A stretch of DNA of 15,457 bases from the NCBI GenBank assembly GCA_964551375.1, contig CAZKBG010000002.1, positions 1 through 15,457 on the forward strand. The letters run 5' to 3'. Numbering within the stretch: position 1 is the first letter of the stretch; each line of letters opens with the position of its first letter. Shown piece by piece: positions 6,304-13,469 of this stretch. Source of the DNA: an uncultured archaeon. GTDB taxonomy: Archaea; Iainarchaeota; Iainarchaeia; Iainarchaeales; JAAZKV01. The notes beneath the pieces were generated by a model. That model did no database searches. It was not told the DNA's origin and saw only the letters and a program-made list of their open reading frames with translations. A program made the position numbers and the translations under genes.

Positions 6304-9300
6304 ATGAAAATGAAGACTGCTTATTGGGTTGTTACAATATTTTTTATTTTAATTTCTTTATCGGTTGCATTTGCTTATAATTGTCCTGGTGGAGATGGAA
6401 GCAGTGACTTAAATATTTCCACAAACACTACTTGGGCTAGCGCGACTGATTATAATTGCAATAATGTTTTCATAACAAATGGCTCCATGTTGACTTTTAA
6501 CTCAAGAACTGCGGGCTCAAAAATAACTCTTTACGCAGCAAGTCTTACAATTGATGAAAACTCAAAAATATCTTCTGATGATTACGGCTCGTTAAACGGA
6601 GCTGGTTCTGGTGCGGGCGGAGCAGCATATGCTGGAGGGGGAGGAGCAGGATATGGTGGAGCTGGAGGCGCTGGTTCTGGGGCTGGAGGAGCCGCTTTTG
6701 GTGTAAGTGATATGAATCAGCCTACTTCTTTTGGTTCAGGGGGAGGAACAAGCACAAACTATAGCTCAAGAGGAGGATACGGCGGCGGAGCAATCAGACT
6801 AATAGTTAGCGGAACAATTACAAATAATGGAATTATTTCAAGCAACGGCGGAATGGGTGCTGGATCCGGAGGATATGTTGGCGGCTCGGGTTCCGGAGGA
6901 AGCGTTTGGATTGATGCAAATATATTAACAGGAATCGGGCGAATTGACGCAAACGGCGGACCAAGGGCAAGCGGTTCAGCAGGCGGAGGGGGAGGAGGAA
7001 GAATAGCAATTTATGTTCAAAACAACTCTTCACTTCCTGCAATAAATGTATTTGGAAGCAGCGGTTCTGGAAGCAACGGCTCAATATTCCTTTCAGCAAA
7101 CAATTCTGATTTTAATGTTCCAAGTCTAAATACAGGCGACTTGAATGTTTTTAGAGTAAAAAACTTTTACAGTTTAATAACTTCAGGAAGCAATTATAGA
7201 TTTGTTGTTGTAAATTTAAGCGGAGACTTTAACGGCTCTGTTTCTGCAGGGCTTCAATCTGACACAAATATTTCGGGAGCAAATATTTATCCTGACAACA
7301 TAACAAGCGGGAAAATAAAAATTGTTTCAACAAACCTCAATCTTGCAAGCGGGAAAAATATTTCAGCAAACGGACTCGGTAATTTGAATGCTGCGGGTGC
7401 CGGAGCTGGCGGAGCAGGATATTGGGGGGCTGGAGGAGCAGGATATGGAGGGGCAGGAAGCGGAGGCTCAAGCGGTGCTGGCGGGGCTTCATTTGGTTTA
7501 AGCGATATGAACCAGCCGACTGCGCTTGGCTCTGGTGGAGGAACAAGCACAAATTACACCACTCCTGGAGGTTATGGAGGGGGAGCTATTAGATTAATTA
7601 TAAACGGGACTCTTACAAATGAAGGAATAATTTCAAGCAATGGAACTCCTGGCTCTGGCTCAGGCAGCGCGGTTGGAGGAAGCGGTTCTGGAGGAAGTAT
7701 TTGGATTGATGCAAATGTTTTAACAGGAACTGGAAGAATTGACGCAAACGGCGGAATGGGAGTAACTAGCGCAGCAGGGGCAGGGGGAGGAGGGCGAATT
7801 GCAGTTTATGTTTTAAGAAATTCTTTTATTTCATCAATAAACACTATGGGGGGTTCTGGCAGCGGAACAGGAAGCCGAGGGTCTGTTTTTATTTCATCAT
7901 TAGGGTATGACTTCAACATTCCTAATGTATATGCTGGAGATGTAAATGTAACTGGAGTTCGCAATTTTTATAGCAGTATTTCATCGAGCGGAAACAGCAG
8001 GTTTGTTGTTTTTAATTTAATCGGAGATTTTAATGGCTCAATAACATCAGGCCTTCAATCAGATGTAAACATTACAGGAGTAAATATTAATCCAAGCACA
8101 ATTATTGGGGGAAGAATAAGAATCACCGCAACAAGCCTTACACTTTCAAGCGGAAATACAATTTCAGCTAATGCCCTTGGCTCAATAAATAGCGCAGGAA
8201 CTGGAGCTGGCGGAGCAGCATATAACGGGGGCGGGGGTGGAGGTTATGGTGGAGCTGGCGGAGCGGGCTCGGGAAGCACTGGCGGAATAGCTTATGGCTC
8301 AATGTCACAGCCAACTGATTTAGGCTCTGGCGGGGGATTAAGTACTAATTATGGTAATATTGGCGGATACGGCGGAGGAGCAATAAGAATTATTTTAAGC
8401 GGAGCTTTGGCAAATGATGGAATAATTTCAAGCAACGGCGGGACAGGAACAAGCAGTTCTTCTTATGCAGGCGGAAGCGGTTCTGGGGGAAGTATTTGGA
8501 TTGATGCGGGTTCTCTTTTAGGAACAGGGCGAATTGATGCAAATGGAGGAGTGCTCGCAACAGGCTGGTCTGGCGGAGGAGCTGGAGGAAGAATAGCGCT
8601 TTATGTAACCGGGGCATCAACAATGGGGGCAATTAATACAACCGCAAGCGGTTCAGGAAGCAACGGCACAGTATATATCTCATCAACAGGATCTGATTTT
8701 AATGTTCCAACAATAATAACAGGAGACACAAACTTTTTAGGAATCAGAAACTTTTTTGGGACAATAACCTCAAGCGGAAGCTCAAGGTTTAATCTAATAA
8801 CAATAAACGGGGATTTTAATGGTTCAATAACAGCAGGGCTTCAATCAGATGTTAATATCACAGGCGGGAACTTGTACCCTGACACTATTATTGGAGGAAA
8901 AGTAAAACTTGTTGCAACAAATATTAGTATCGCAAGCGGAAAATTAGTTTCAACAAATGCGCTTGGAAATGTTAATTCAGCAGGAGCTGGAGCTGGCGGA
9001 GCAGCATATAATGGCGGAGGGGGAGGGGGATACGGTGGAGCTGGCGGAGCGGGCTCCGGAAGCGCTGGCGGAGCAGTGTATGGCGCAAGCGATGCAAATC
9101 AGCCGACCGCACTTGGCTCTGGCGGTGGATTAAGCACAAATTATGGCAACATAGGGGGTTATGGTGGCGGGGCAATTAGAATAATTGCAAGCGGAACATT
9201 TTCTAATAATGGAATTATATCTTCAAACGGCGGACTTGGCACAAGTAATTCTTCTTATGCTGGAGGAAGCGGTTCTGGAGGAAGCATTTGGATAACAACA

Positions 9301-10092
9301 AATAAGTTTAACGGCGCAGGAAGAATTGATGCAAACGGCGCTCCAGGAATAACCGGCTGGGCAGGGTGCGGAGGAGGAGGAAGAATTGCAATCTGGTATG
9401 ATACAAATACATTTAGCGGAAATATTATTGCTTCAGCTGGATGCGGAGGAGGAGGCGCGGGGTCAAGGAACTGGGTTTATAGTTATGCGGGACCAAATTA
9501 CATTTTAAGCGGGAGTTTTACTTCAAAGAAAATTAATTTAGCTTATGGAAAAGATTTTAATGTTCTTAATTTTGATGTGAATTTGCCAAGCGGAACAAAT
9601 GTTTCGTTTAAGTTAAGGACTGCCTCAAACAGCAGTGATTTGGATAATTCTCCTTGGCTTGGTCCAAGCGGAACAACTGCAAGCGATGATAATTACTCAA
9701 CAAGTGGAACAGCAATTTCTGGAGTTCATGACGGTAATTCTTGGGTTCAGTGGAAAGCATTCTTATCAACTGCAAGCGCTACTTCAACTCCCATAGTTTT
9801 TGATGTTAATATTATGGTTAGAAATAAGGTTGATTCGAATGCGGTGTTTGTTTTGGAAAAGGGGGTTCAGTATAATTGGTTGAGTTTAGTGCCAACTCAA
9901 GCGCTTAATGGCGGGACAATTAATTGGTATTATTGTTTGACTCAAAATTGCGCGTCTTGGATATTGCTTGGGCCAAGCGGGGGTTCAATTGGCCAGACAA
10001 ATCAAAATCTTTATTTACTTGCAACAATGCACCCTGATGAAAATAACAATTCCCCACAAATAAGCGAAGTGCTTGTGCACTATTCAAAATAA
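6304..10092 (+). CDS. Giant secreted glycine-rich tandem-module surface protein (putative beta-helical adhesin), without a C-terminal anchor
   Basis: 1262-aa ORF. Sec-type signal peptide MKMKTAYWVVTIFFILISLSVAFA|Y. Four ~265-aa modules, then a ~200-aa non-Gly-rich C-terminal region. No TM segment or sorting signal at the C-terminus (...EVLVHYSK*). ATG 6304 is 1 nt after the pilin-like gene's stop. Confidence 0.85.
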   Translation: MKMKTAYWVVTIFFILISLSVAFAYNCPGGDGSSDLNISTNTTWASATDYNCNNVFITNGSMLTFNSRTAGSKITLYAASLTIDENSKISSDDYGSLNGAGSGAGGAAYAGGGGAGYGGAGGAGSGAGGAAFGVSDMNQPTSFGSGGGTSTNYSSRGGYGGGAIRLIVSGTITNNGIISSNGGMGAGSGGYVGGSGSGGSVWIDANILTGIGRIDANGGPRASGSAGGGGGGRIAIYVQNNSSLPAINVFGSSGSGSNGSIFLSANNSDFNVPSLNTGDLNVFRVKNFYSLITSGSNYRFVVVNLSGDFNGSVSAGLQSDTNISGANIYPDNITSGKIKIVSTNLNLASGKNISANGLGNLNAAGAGAGGAGYWGAGGAGYGGAGSGGSSGAGGASFGLSDMNQPTALGSGGGTSTNYTTPGGYGGGAIRLIINGTLTNEGIISSNGTPGSGSGSAVGGSGSGGSIWIDANVLTGTGRIDANGGMGVTSAAGAGGGGRIAVYVLRNSFISSINTMGGSGSGTGSRGSVFISSLGYDFNIPNVYAGDVNVTGVRNFYSSISSSGNSRFVVFNLIGDFNGSITSGLQSDVNITGVNINPSTIIGGRIRITATSLTLSSGNTISANALGSINSAGTGAGGAAYNGGGGGGYGGAGGAGSGSTGGIAYGSMSQPTDLGSGGGLSTNYGNIGGYGGGAIRIILSGALANDGIISSNGGTGTSSSSYAGGSGSGGSIWIDAGSLLGTGRIDANGGVLATGWSGGGAGGRIALYVTGASTMGAINTTASGSGSNGTVYISSTGSDFNVPTIITGDTNFLGIRNFFGTITSSGSSRFNLITINGDFNGSITAGLQSDVNITGGNLYPDTIIGGKVKLVATNISIASGKLVSTNALGNVNSAGAGAGGAAYNGGGGGGYGGAGGAGSGSAGGAVYGASDANQPTALGSGGGLSTNYGNIGGYGGGAIRIIASGTFSNNGIISSNGGLGTSNSSYAGGSGSGGSIWITTNKFNGAGRIDANGAPGITGWAGCGGGGRIAIWYDTNTFSGNIIASAGCGGGGAGSRNWVYSYAGPNYILSGSFTSKKINLAYGKDFNVLNFDVNLPSGTNVSFKLRTASNSSDLDNSPWLGPSGTTASDDNYSTSGTAISGVHDGNSWVQWKAFLSTASATSTPIVFDVNIMVRNKVDSNAVFVLEKGVQYNWLSLVPTQALNGGTINWYYCLTQNCASWILLGPSGGSIGQTNQNLYLLATMHPDENNNSPQISEVLVHYSK
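6520..9486 (+). repeat. Four in-frame tandem coding modules (6520-7311, 7312-8112, 8113-8898, 8899-~9486; the last is truncated)
   Basis: Module starts KITLYAASLTI, KIKIVSTNLNL, RIRITATSLTL and KVKLVATNISI lie 792, 801 and 786 nt apart. GGYGGGAIR, GGSGSGGS(V/I)WI and GRIDANG each occur once per module (4 times). GDFNGS..GLQSD occurs in modules 1-3. Confidence 0.9.
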
Positions 10093-10150
10093 ATTTAAAA
10101 ATTAATTATTAACTTACTAAGATAGAATTATTTAGGATAAATTTTTTAGT

Positions 10151-11728
10151 TTAAGTTCTTCTTGGCAACTCTTCAATAGCTCCATCAACTACTTTTAGTA
10201 TTCGTTGAGCGATTTTGTCAATGAAATATCTATCATGAGAAACAGCAACAATTGCTCCCTCGTAACTTAAAAACGCTTTTTCAATAATTTCACACGCATC
10301 AAGATCAAGATGGTTTGTAGGCTCGTCAAGGAGCAGAATATTTGGCTTTGTGAGAAGAACTTTCAATAAATTAAGCCTTGATTTTTCGCCAAAAGATAAA
10401 TTTGAAATTGATTTGCTAACTTCTTCATTAGTAATAAATCCAACCATTGACAAACTCTGTCTTGTTTTTGCCTTATCCTTAAGCATTGCAAAAATCTCAT
10501 CATAAAGAGTGGAATGCGCGGTTAAATCCTTTAATTCTTGATCAACATACCCTAATTTTCCCTGCTGGTCAAGAATTGCTTTTCCGCCAAGCGGAGGAAC
10601 TCTTCCCTCAATAGTTTTGAAAAGAGTGCTTTTGCCGATTCCATTCTCGCCGATTATTATAATTCTCTGCCCAACGCAAACGTTAAGATTAATATGTGAA
10701 ATCAGCGGCTTTTTGTAGCCAACTGTCAAGTCATTAAGCTCAAGAACCATGTGCGATTTTATCGGAGATGCCTCAAAAGGAGTTTCAAAATCCGACTGGT
10801 CAAGGTCAGGCTTTTCAATAACTTCTCTTTTCTCAAGAAGCTTAACCCTGTACTTCATCTGCTTAACTTTTTTCGGACTCGTTCCAATTCTTGCAATCTT
10901 GTCTTTTTGCTTCTCTAAATAATCCTGCTCATTTTCATACGCTGTCTGCTGCGCAGCAAAATTAGCTTCCCTGATTTTTAAATAAGTGGAGTAATTTCCG
11001 TTATACTTAGTCAATTTTCCGCTTTCTATTTTTATAATCGAGCTGCAAATCTGATTCAAGAAATATCTGTCGTGAGTAACCATGAGAACAGTTCCCTTGA
11101 AGGATTTTAAATAATCTTCAAGAATTTCAAGTCTCTTAAAATCCAAATGATTTGTTGGCTCATCAAGAAGCAAAAAATCCGCGTCTGAAGACAAAATCTG
11201 CGCAAGCGCAATTATTGCCCTCTGCCCTGTTGAAAGCGAGCCAACTTTTTTGTCAAGCCACTCATCAGTAACATCAAGAGTTTTTAAAACAGATTTAATT
11301 TTATTTGTGGGGGTAGTGTCATTGTGCTTCGCAAGCTCTGTTTGAAGCGCTACATACTTCTCAGTCAATTTATTCAATCTGTCATGATCTTCATAAACTT
11401 CAGGCAAAAGAAGGAGTTTTTCAATTTCCTGCATTTCCTTTTCAAATTTATTTTGATGATGAATTGTGGCTCTTTGAGCGATTACTTCCCATCCTGTTTT
11501 ATTCAAATCAATATCAATATTTTGGGAAAAATAAGCCGCTTTGCCGTTAAAATTAATGTGCCCGTGATAATCAACCATTCCCAAAATCGCTTTTAAGAGA
11601 GTAGTTTTTCCAACACCGTTTCTTCCAATAAGCCCAACTTTTGCGCCGTCCTCAATTCCAAAGCTTTCATCAAGGAGAATCTCCTGCTTTCCAATAGTAA
11701 TTCCAAGGTTCTTAACAGTCAGAGCCAT
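10151..11728 (-). CDS. ABC-F family ATPase (two ABC domains, no TM domain; EttA/YbiT-like translation-factor type)
   Basis: Walker A GRNGVGKTT and GENGIGKST. Signatures LSTGQ and LSFGE. LLLDEPTNHLD occurs twice. A charged ~80-aa interdomain linker is present (YLKIREANFAAQQTAYENEQDYLEKQKDKIARI...). The track ORF starts at TTG 11734, but ATG 11728 (MALTVKNL) is the likelier start. Confidence 0.85.
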   Translation of the reverse strand: MALTVKNLGITIGKQEILLDESFGIEDGAKVGLIGRNGVGKTTLLKAILGMVDYHGHINFNGKAAYFSQNIDIDLNKTGWEVIAQRATIHHQNKFEKEMQEIEKLLLLPEVYEDHDRLNKLTEKYVALQTELAKHNDTTPTNKIKSVLKTLDVTDEWLDKKVGSLSTGQRAIIALAQILSSDADFLLLDEPTNHLDFKRLEILEDYLKSFKGTVLMVTHDRYFLNQICSSIIKIESGKLTKYNGNYSTYLKIREANFAAQQTAYENEQDYLEKQKDKIARIGTSPKKVKQMKYRVKLLEKREVIEKPDLDQSDFETPFEASPIKSHMVLELNDLTVGYKKPLISHINLNVCVGQRIIIIGENGIGKSTLFKTIEGRVPPLGGKAILDQQGKLGYVDQELKDLTAHSTLYDEIFAMLKDKAKTRQSLSMVGFITNEEVSKSISNLSFGEKSRLNLLKVLLTKPNILLLDEPTNHLDLDACEIIEKAFLSYEGAIVAVSHDRYFIDKIAQRILKVVDGAIEELPRRT

Positions 11729-11780
11729 ACACAATTAACAATTAGGCAAATTCTTAAATGATGCTAAAGAAAGGGGGTTT

Positions 11781-12266
11781 TTATAAAATATTGCAGGCTT
11801 TAGCCCCTTTTTTCTTCAAATACTTCTGATGATACTCTTCAGCAGGGTAAAATTCGCTTGCTTTTCTAAGCTCTGTGACAATTTTTCTTGACTGGTGAAT
11901 CTTTAACGCGCCGTACTTTTTAATAAAATCCTCCGCTGACTTTTTTTGCTCCTGATTGTGATAAAAAATAATTGACTTGTACTGAGTTCCAATATCAGGG
12001 CCCTGCCTGTCAAGCGAAGTGGGGTTATGCATTTTAAAAAATTTGTCAAGAAGCTTATCATAATCAATTATTTTTGGGTCGAACTCGAGCTGAACAACTT
12101 CAACATGCTCTGTTTCTCCAGTGCAGACTTCTTCATAAGTAGGATTTTTAGTATTTCCTCCTTCATAGCCAACTTTTGTTAAAACAACACCTTTTGTTTT
12201 CATAAACTCATCTTCAACATGCCAAAAGCACCCTGCTCCAAAAGTCGCTAATTGATTTTTGTTCAT
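11781..12266 (-). CDS. msrA: Peptide-methionine (S)-S-oxide reductase
   Basis: 161-aa ORF with the catalytic GAGCFWHVE (GCFW) motif and the conserved GY.GG......YE.V..G.T.H.E.V core. SD GGTGA lies just upstream. Confidence 0.9.
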   Translation of the reverse strand: MNKNQLATFGAGCFWHVEDEFMKTKGVVLTKVGYEGGNTKNPTYEEVCTGETEHVEVVQLEFDPKIIDYDKLLDKFFKMHNPTSLDRQGPDIGTQYKSIIFYHNQEQKKSAEDFIKKYGALKIHQSRKIVTELRKASEFYPAEEYHQKYLKKKGAKACNIL

Positions 12267-12299
12267 AAATTCACCAAAAAATATTTAGATTATGTAATT

Positions 12300-12635
12300 C
12301 TACTTCAGCTCTTCTTTAAAATCAAGCGCGCAAGAGTTTAAACAGAAGCGCTTTTTTGTTTCTGTCGGGCCGTCATCAAAAACATGCCCTAAGTGAGAGC
12401 CGCATTTTGCGCAAATTATTTCAGTTCGAGTCATGAACAAGTCTTTGTCAGTTTTAAGCTTTAATGCCCTATCATTTATGGGGCGGTCAAAACTCGGCCA
12501 GCCCGTTCCTGACTCAAATTTGGCTTCTGAAGAGAATAATTTATTCCCGCACGCAGCGCAGCGATAAATGCCGTCCTTTTTATTAAATAATAATTTTCCA
12601 GTAAAAGGAAGCTCAGTGCCCTTCTTTCTAAGCAC
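12300..12635 (-). CDS. msrB: Peptide-methionine (R)-S-oxide reductase. The conserved N-terminus is displaced into another frame (12636-12703).
   Basis: Two Zn-binding CxxC pairs (CAACG, CAKCG), GTGWPSF, HLGHVFDDGP, and catalytic RFCLNS. The ORF as tracked begins at GTG 12635. An ATG-initiated N-terminus (MNSKKLPKNEEEWANTL) lies upstream in a different frame. Confidence 0.85.
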   Translation of the reverse strand: MLRKKGTELPFTGKLLFNKKDGIYRCAACGNKLFSSEAKFESGTGWPSFDRPINDRALKLKTDKDLFMTRTEIICAKCGSHLGHVFDDGPTETKKRFCLNSCALDFKEELK

Positions 12636-12820
12636 TTTATACTGCTCTTGGGTAAGGTATTAGCCCATTCTTCCTCATTTTTAGGCAGTTTTTTTGAGTT
12701 CATAAGCGGAAATTGTGATTAGTAGTTAGTTTAAATTTAACTTTGAAATTAAGGCACTTATTTATATTACATGATTAGATTTGGATATATTAAAGGTTAG
12801 TTTTTTTAAAGGTGAACTAA

Positions 12821-13390
12821 ATGGACGCAGTATTAATCGGAGTTTCGGATAGGAGCCTTCTTTGGCGCGCTGGGCAAATCAAAGAAATTGATTATAAAAA
12901 ATTTGTAAATGATTATGCAAAATTCTTTGCGGAAAACTTTGAAAATGTGATTGTGACTCCTGACGACGGGGTGTATACTGACATTGCAATTGAATTTGGG
13001 AAATTAAAAGGAAAAAAACCAATTGCATACTATCCTGATAAAGACACTTATTATGGGACAAGCCATATTGAGAAAAATTATCCTAATTATGACTTGCGCA
13101 AAATTGACGGTGACTGGTATAAACTCAACGCAGACCTCACAAAGCAGGCTCTGTGCGTTGTATGCCTTGGAATTTCGCCAGGAGTTTTAATAGAAGCGTC
13201 ATACATCAAGTACCACCAATCATACGGCGCGTACAAAAATCCAAAACTAAAAAATATTCACTTATTTTTCGACAAAAGAACAGCAAAAAACGATTTGCCT
13301 CAAGGATTTGTTGAGCAGATAAAAAATTTTTATTATTTTGATAATGTTAATGAACTAAAAAAACTGATTGGAAAAATAAATTTATTTTAA
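12821..13390 (+). CDS. Hypothetical protein, possibly a degenerate LOG/TIGR00725-like Rossmann-fold protein
   Basis: 189-aa ORF with SD AGGTGA 5 nt upstream. Its layout resembles TIGR00725/LOG proteins: VLIGVS..., NVIVTPDDGVYTDIAIEFGKLKGKKPIAYYP, CVVCLGISPGVLIEAS. However, the glycine motifs (TGGGxG, GGxGT) are replaced. The similarity was judged by eye only. Confidence 0.3.
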   Translation: MDAVLIGVSDRSLLWRAGQIKEIDYKKFVNDYAKFFAENFENVIVTPDDGVYTDIAIEFGKLKGKKPIAYYPDKDTYYGTSHIEKNYPNYDLRKIDGDWYKLNADLTKQALCVVCLGISPGVLIEASYIKYHQSYGAYKNPKLKNIHLFFDKRTAKNDLPQGFVEQIKNFYYFDNVNELKKLIGKINLF

Positions 13391-13402
13391 TTCTACTTTA
13401 TT

Positions 13403-13456
13403 TGTGAATAAATTTGAACATTGTGAACTGTGAATTTTCATAGTTCATTTTTCACA
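13403..13456 (+). promoter_or_regulatory. Cluster of TGTGAA / TTCACA motifs upstream of the TATA box (candidate transcription-factor operator)
   Basis: TGTGAA at 13403-13408, 13422-13427 and 13429-13434. Inverted TTCACA at 13451-13456. TGAAC at 13415-13419 and 13424-13428, with inverted GTTCA at 13443-13447. Confidence 0.3.
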
Positions 13457-13462
13457 ATTCCT

Positions 13463-13469
13463 TTATATG
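13463..13469 (+). promoter_or_regulatory. TATA box for the 13554 surface-protein gene
   Basis: TTTATAT lies ~88 nt upstream of ATG 13554. SD GAGGT (13542-13546) lies 7 nt before the ATG, which implies a leadered mRNA. Confidence 0.4.

Noticed and set aside
6833-9175. Several 60-90-aa minus-strand ORFs inside the giant gene (e.g. 7287-7550, rich in Pro/Ala: PPPEPS...PAPPYPAPPAPQYPAPPAPAPA)
   Set aside because: They are the antisense shadow of GGN/GCN-rich glycine/alanine codons. They are nested in a 3.8-kb ORF with clear modular protein logic and have no start context of their own.
6600-9420. G-run clusters (e.g. GGCGGAGGGGGAGGGGGA near 9013-9030) as G-quadruplexes or phase-variation slippage tracts, and a resemblance to mycobacterial PE-PGRS
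   Set aside because: The G-runs are a direct consequence of Gly codons and are not arranged as four regular G3+ tracts. They show no homopolymer long enough for obvious slippage. PGRS similarity is compositional only.
6520-9486. Possible CRISPR or other non-coding repeat array
   Set aside because: The repeat period is ~790 nt, in frame and protein-coding with synonymous divergence. There is no short repeat/spacer alternation anywhere in the window.
2321-10092. Integrated mobile element using tRNA-Glu as the attachment site
   Set aside because: No integrase, transposase or replication gene is present. I found no downstream direct repeat of the tRNA 3' end (...TCCGAATCCCGGTCGGGG). Only the codon-usage island hints at foreign DNA.
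10151-11728. Alternative identity as ABCE1/RLI, the expected archaeal twin-NBD protein
   Set aside because: There is no N-terminal 4Fe-4S Cys cluster domain. The linker and signature motifs fit ABC-F instead.
12651-12662. Programmed -1 ribosomal frameshift in msrB
   Set aside because: There is no X-XXY-YYZ slippery heptamer (the sequence is AAT ACC TTA CCC) and no obvious downstream stimulatory structure. An indel or sequencing error is more parsimonious.
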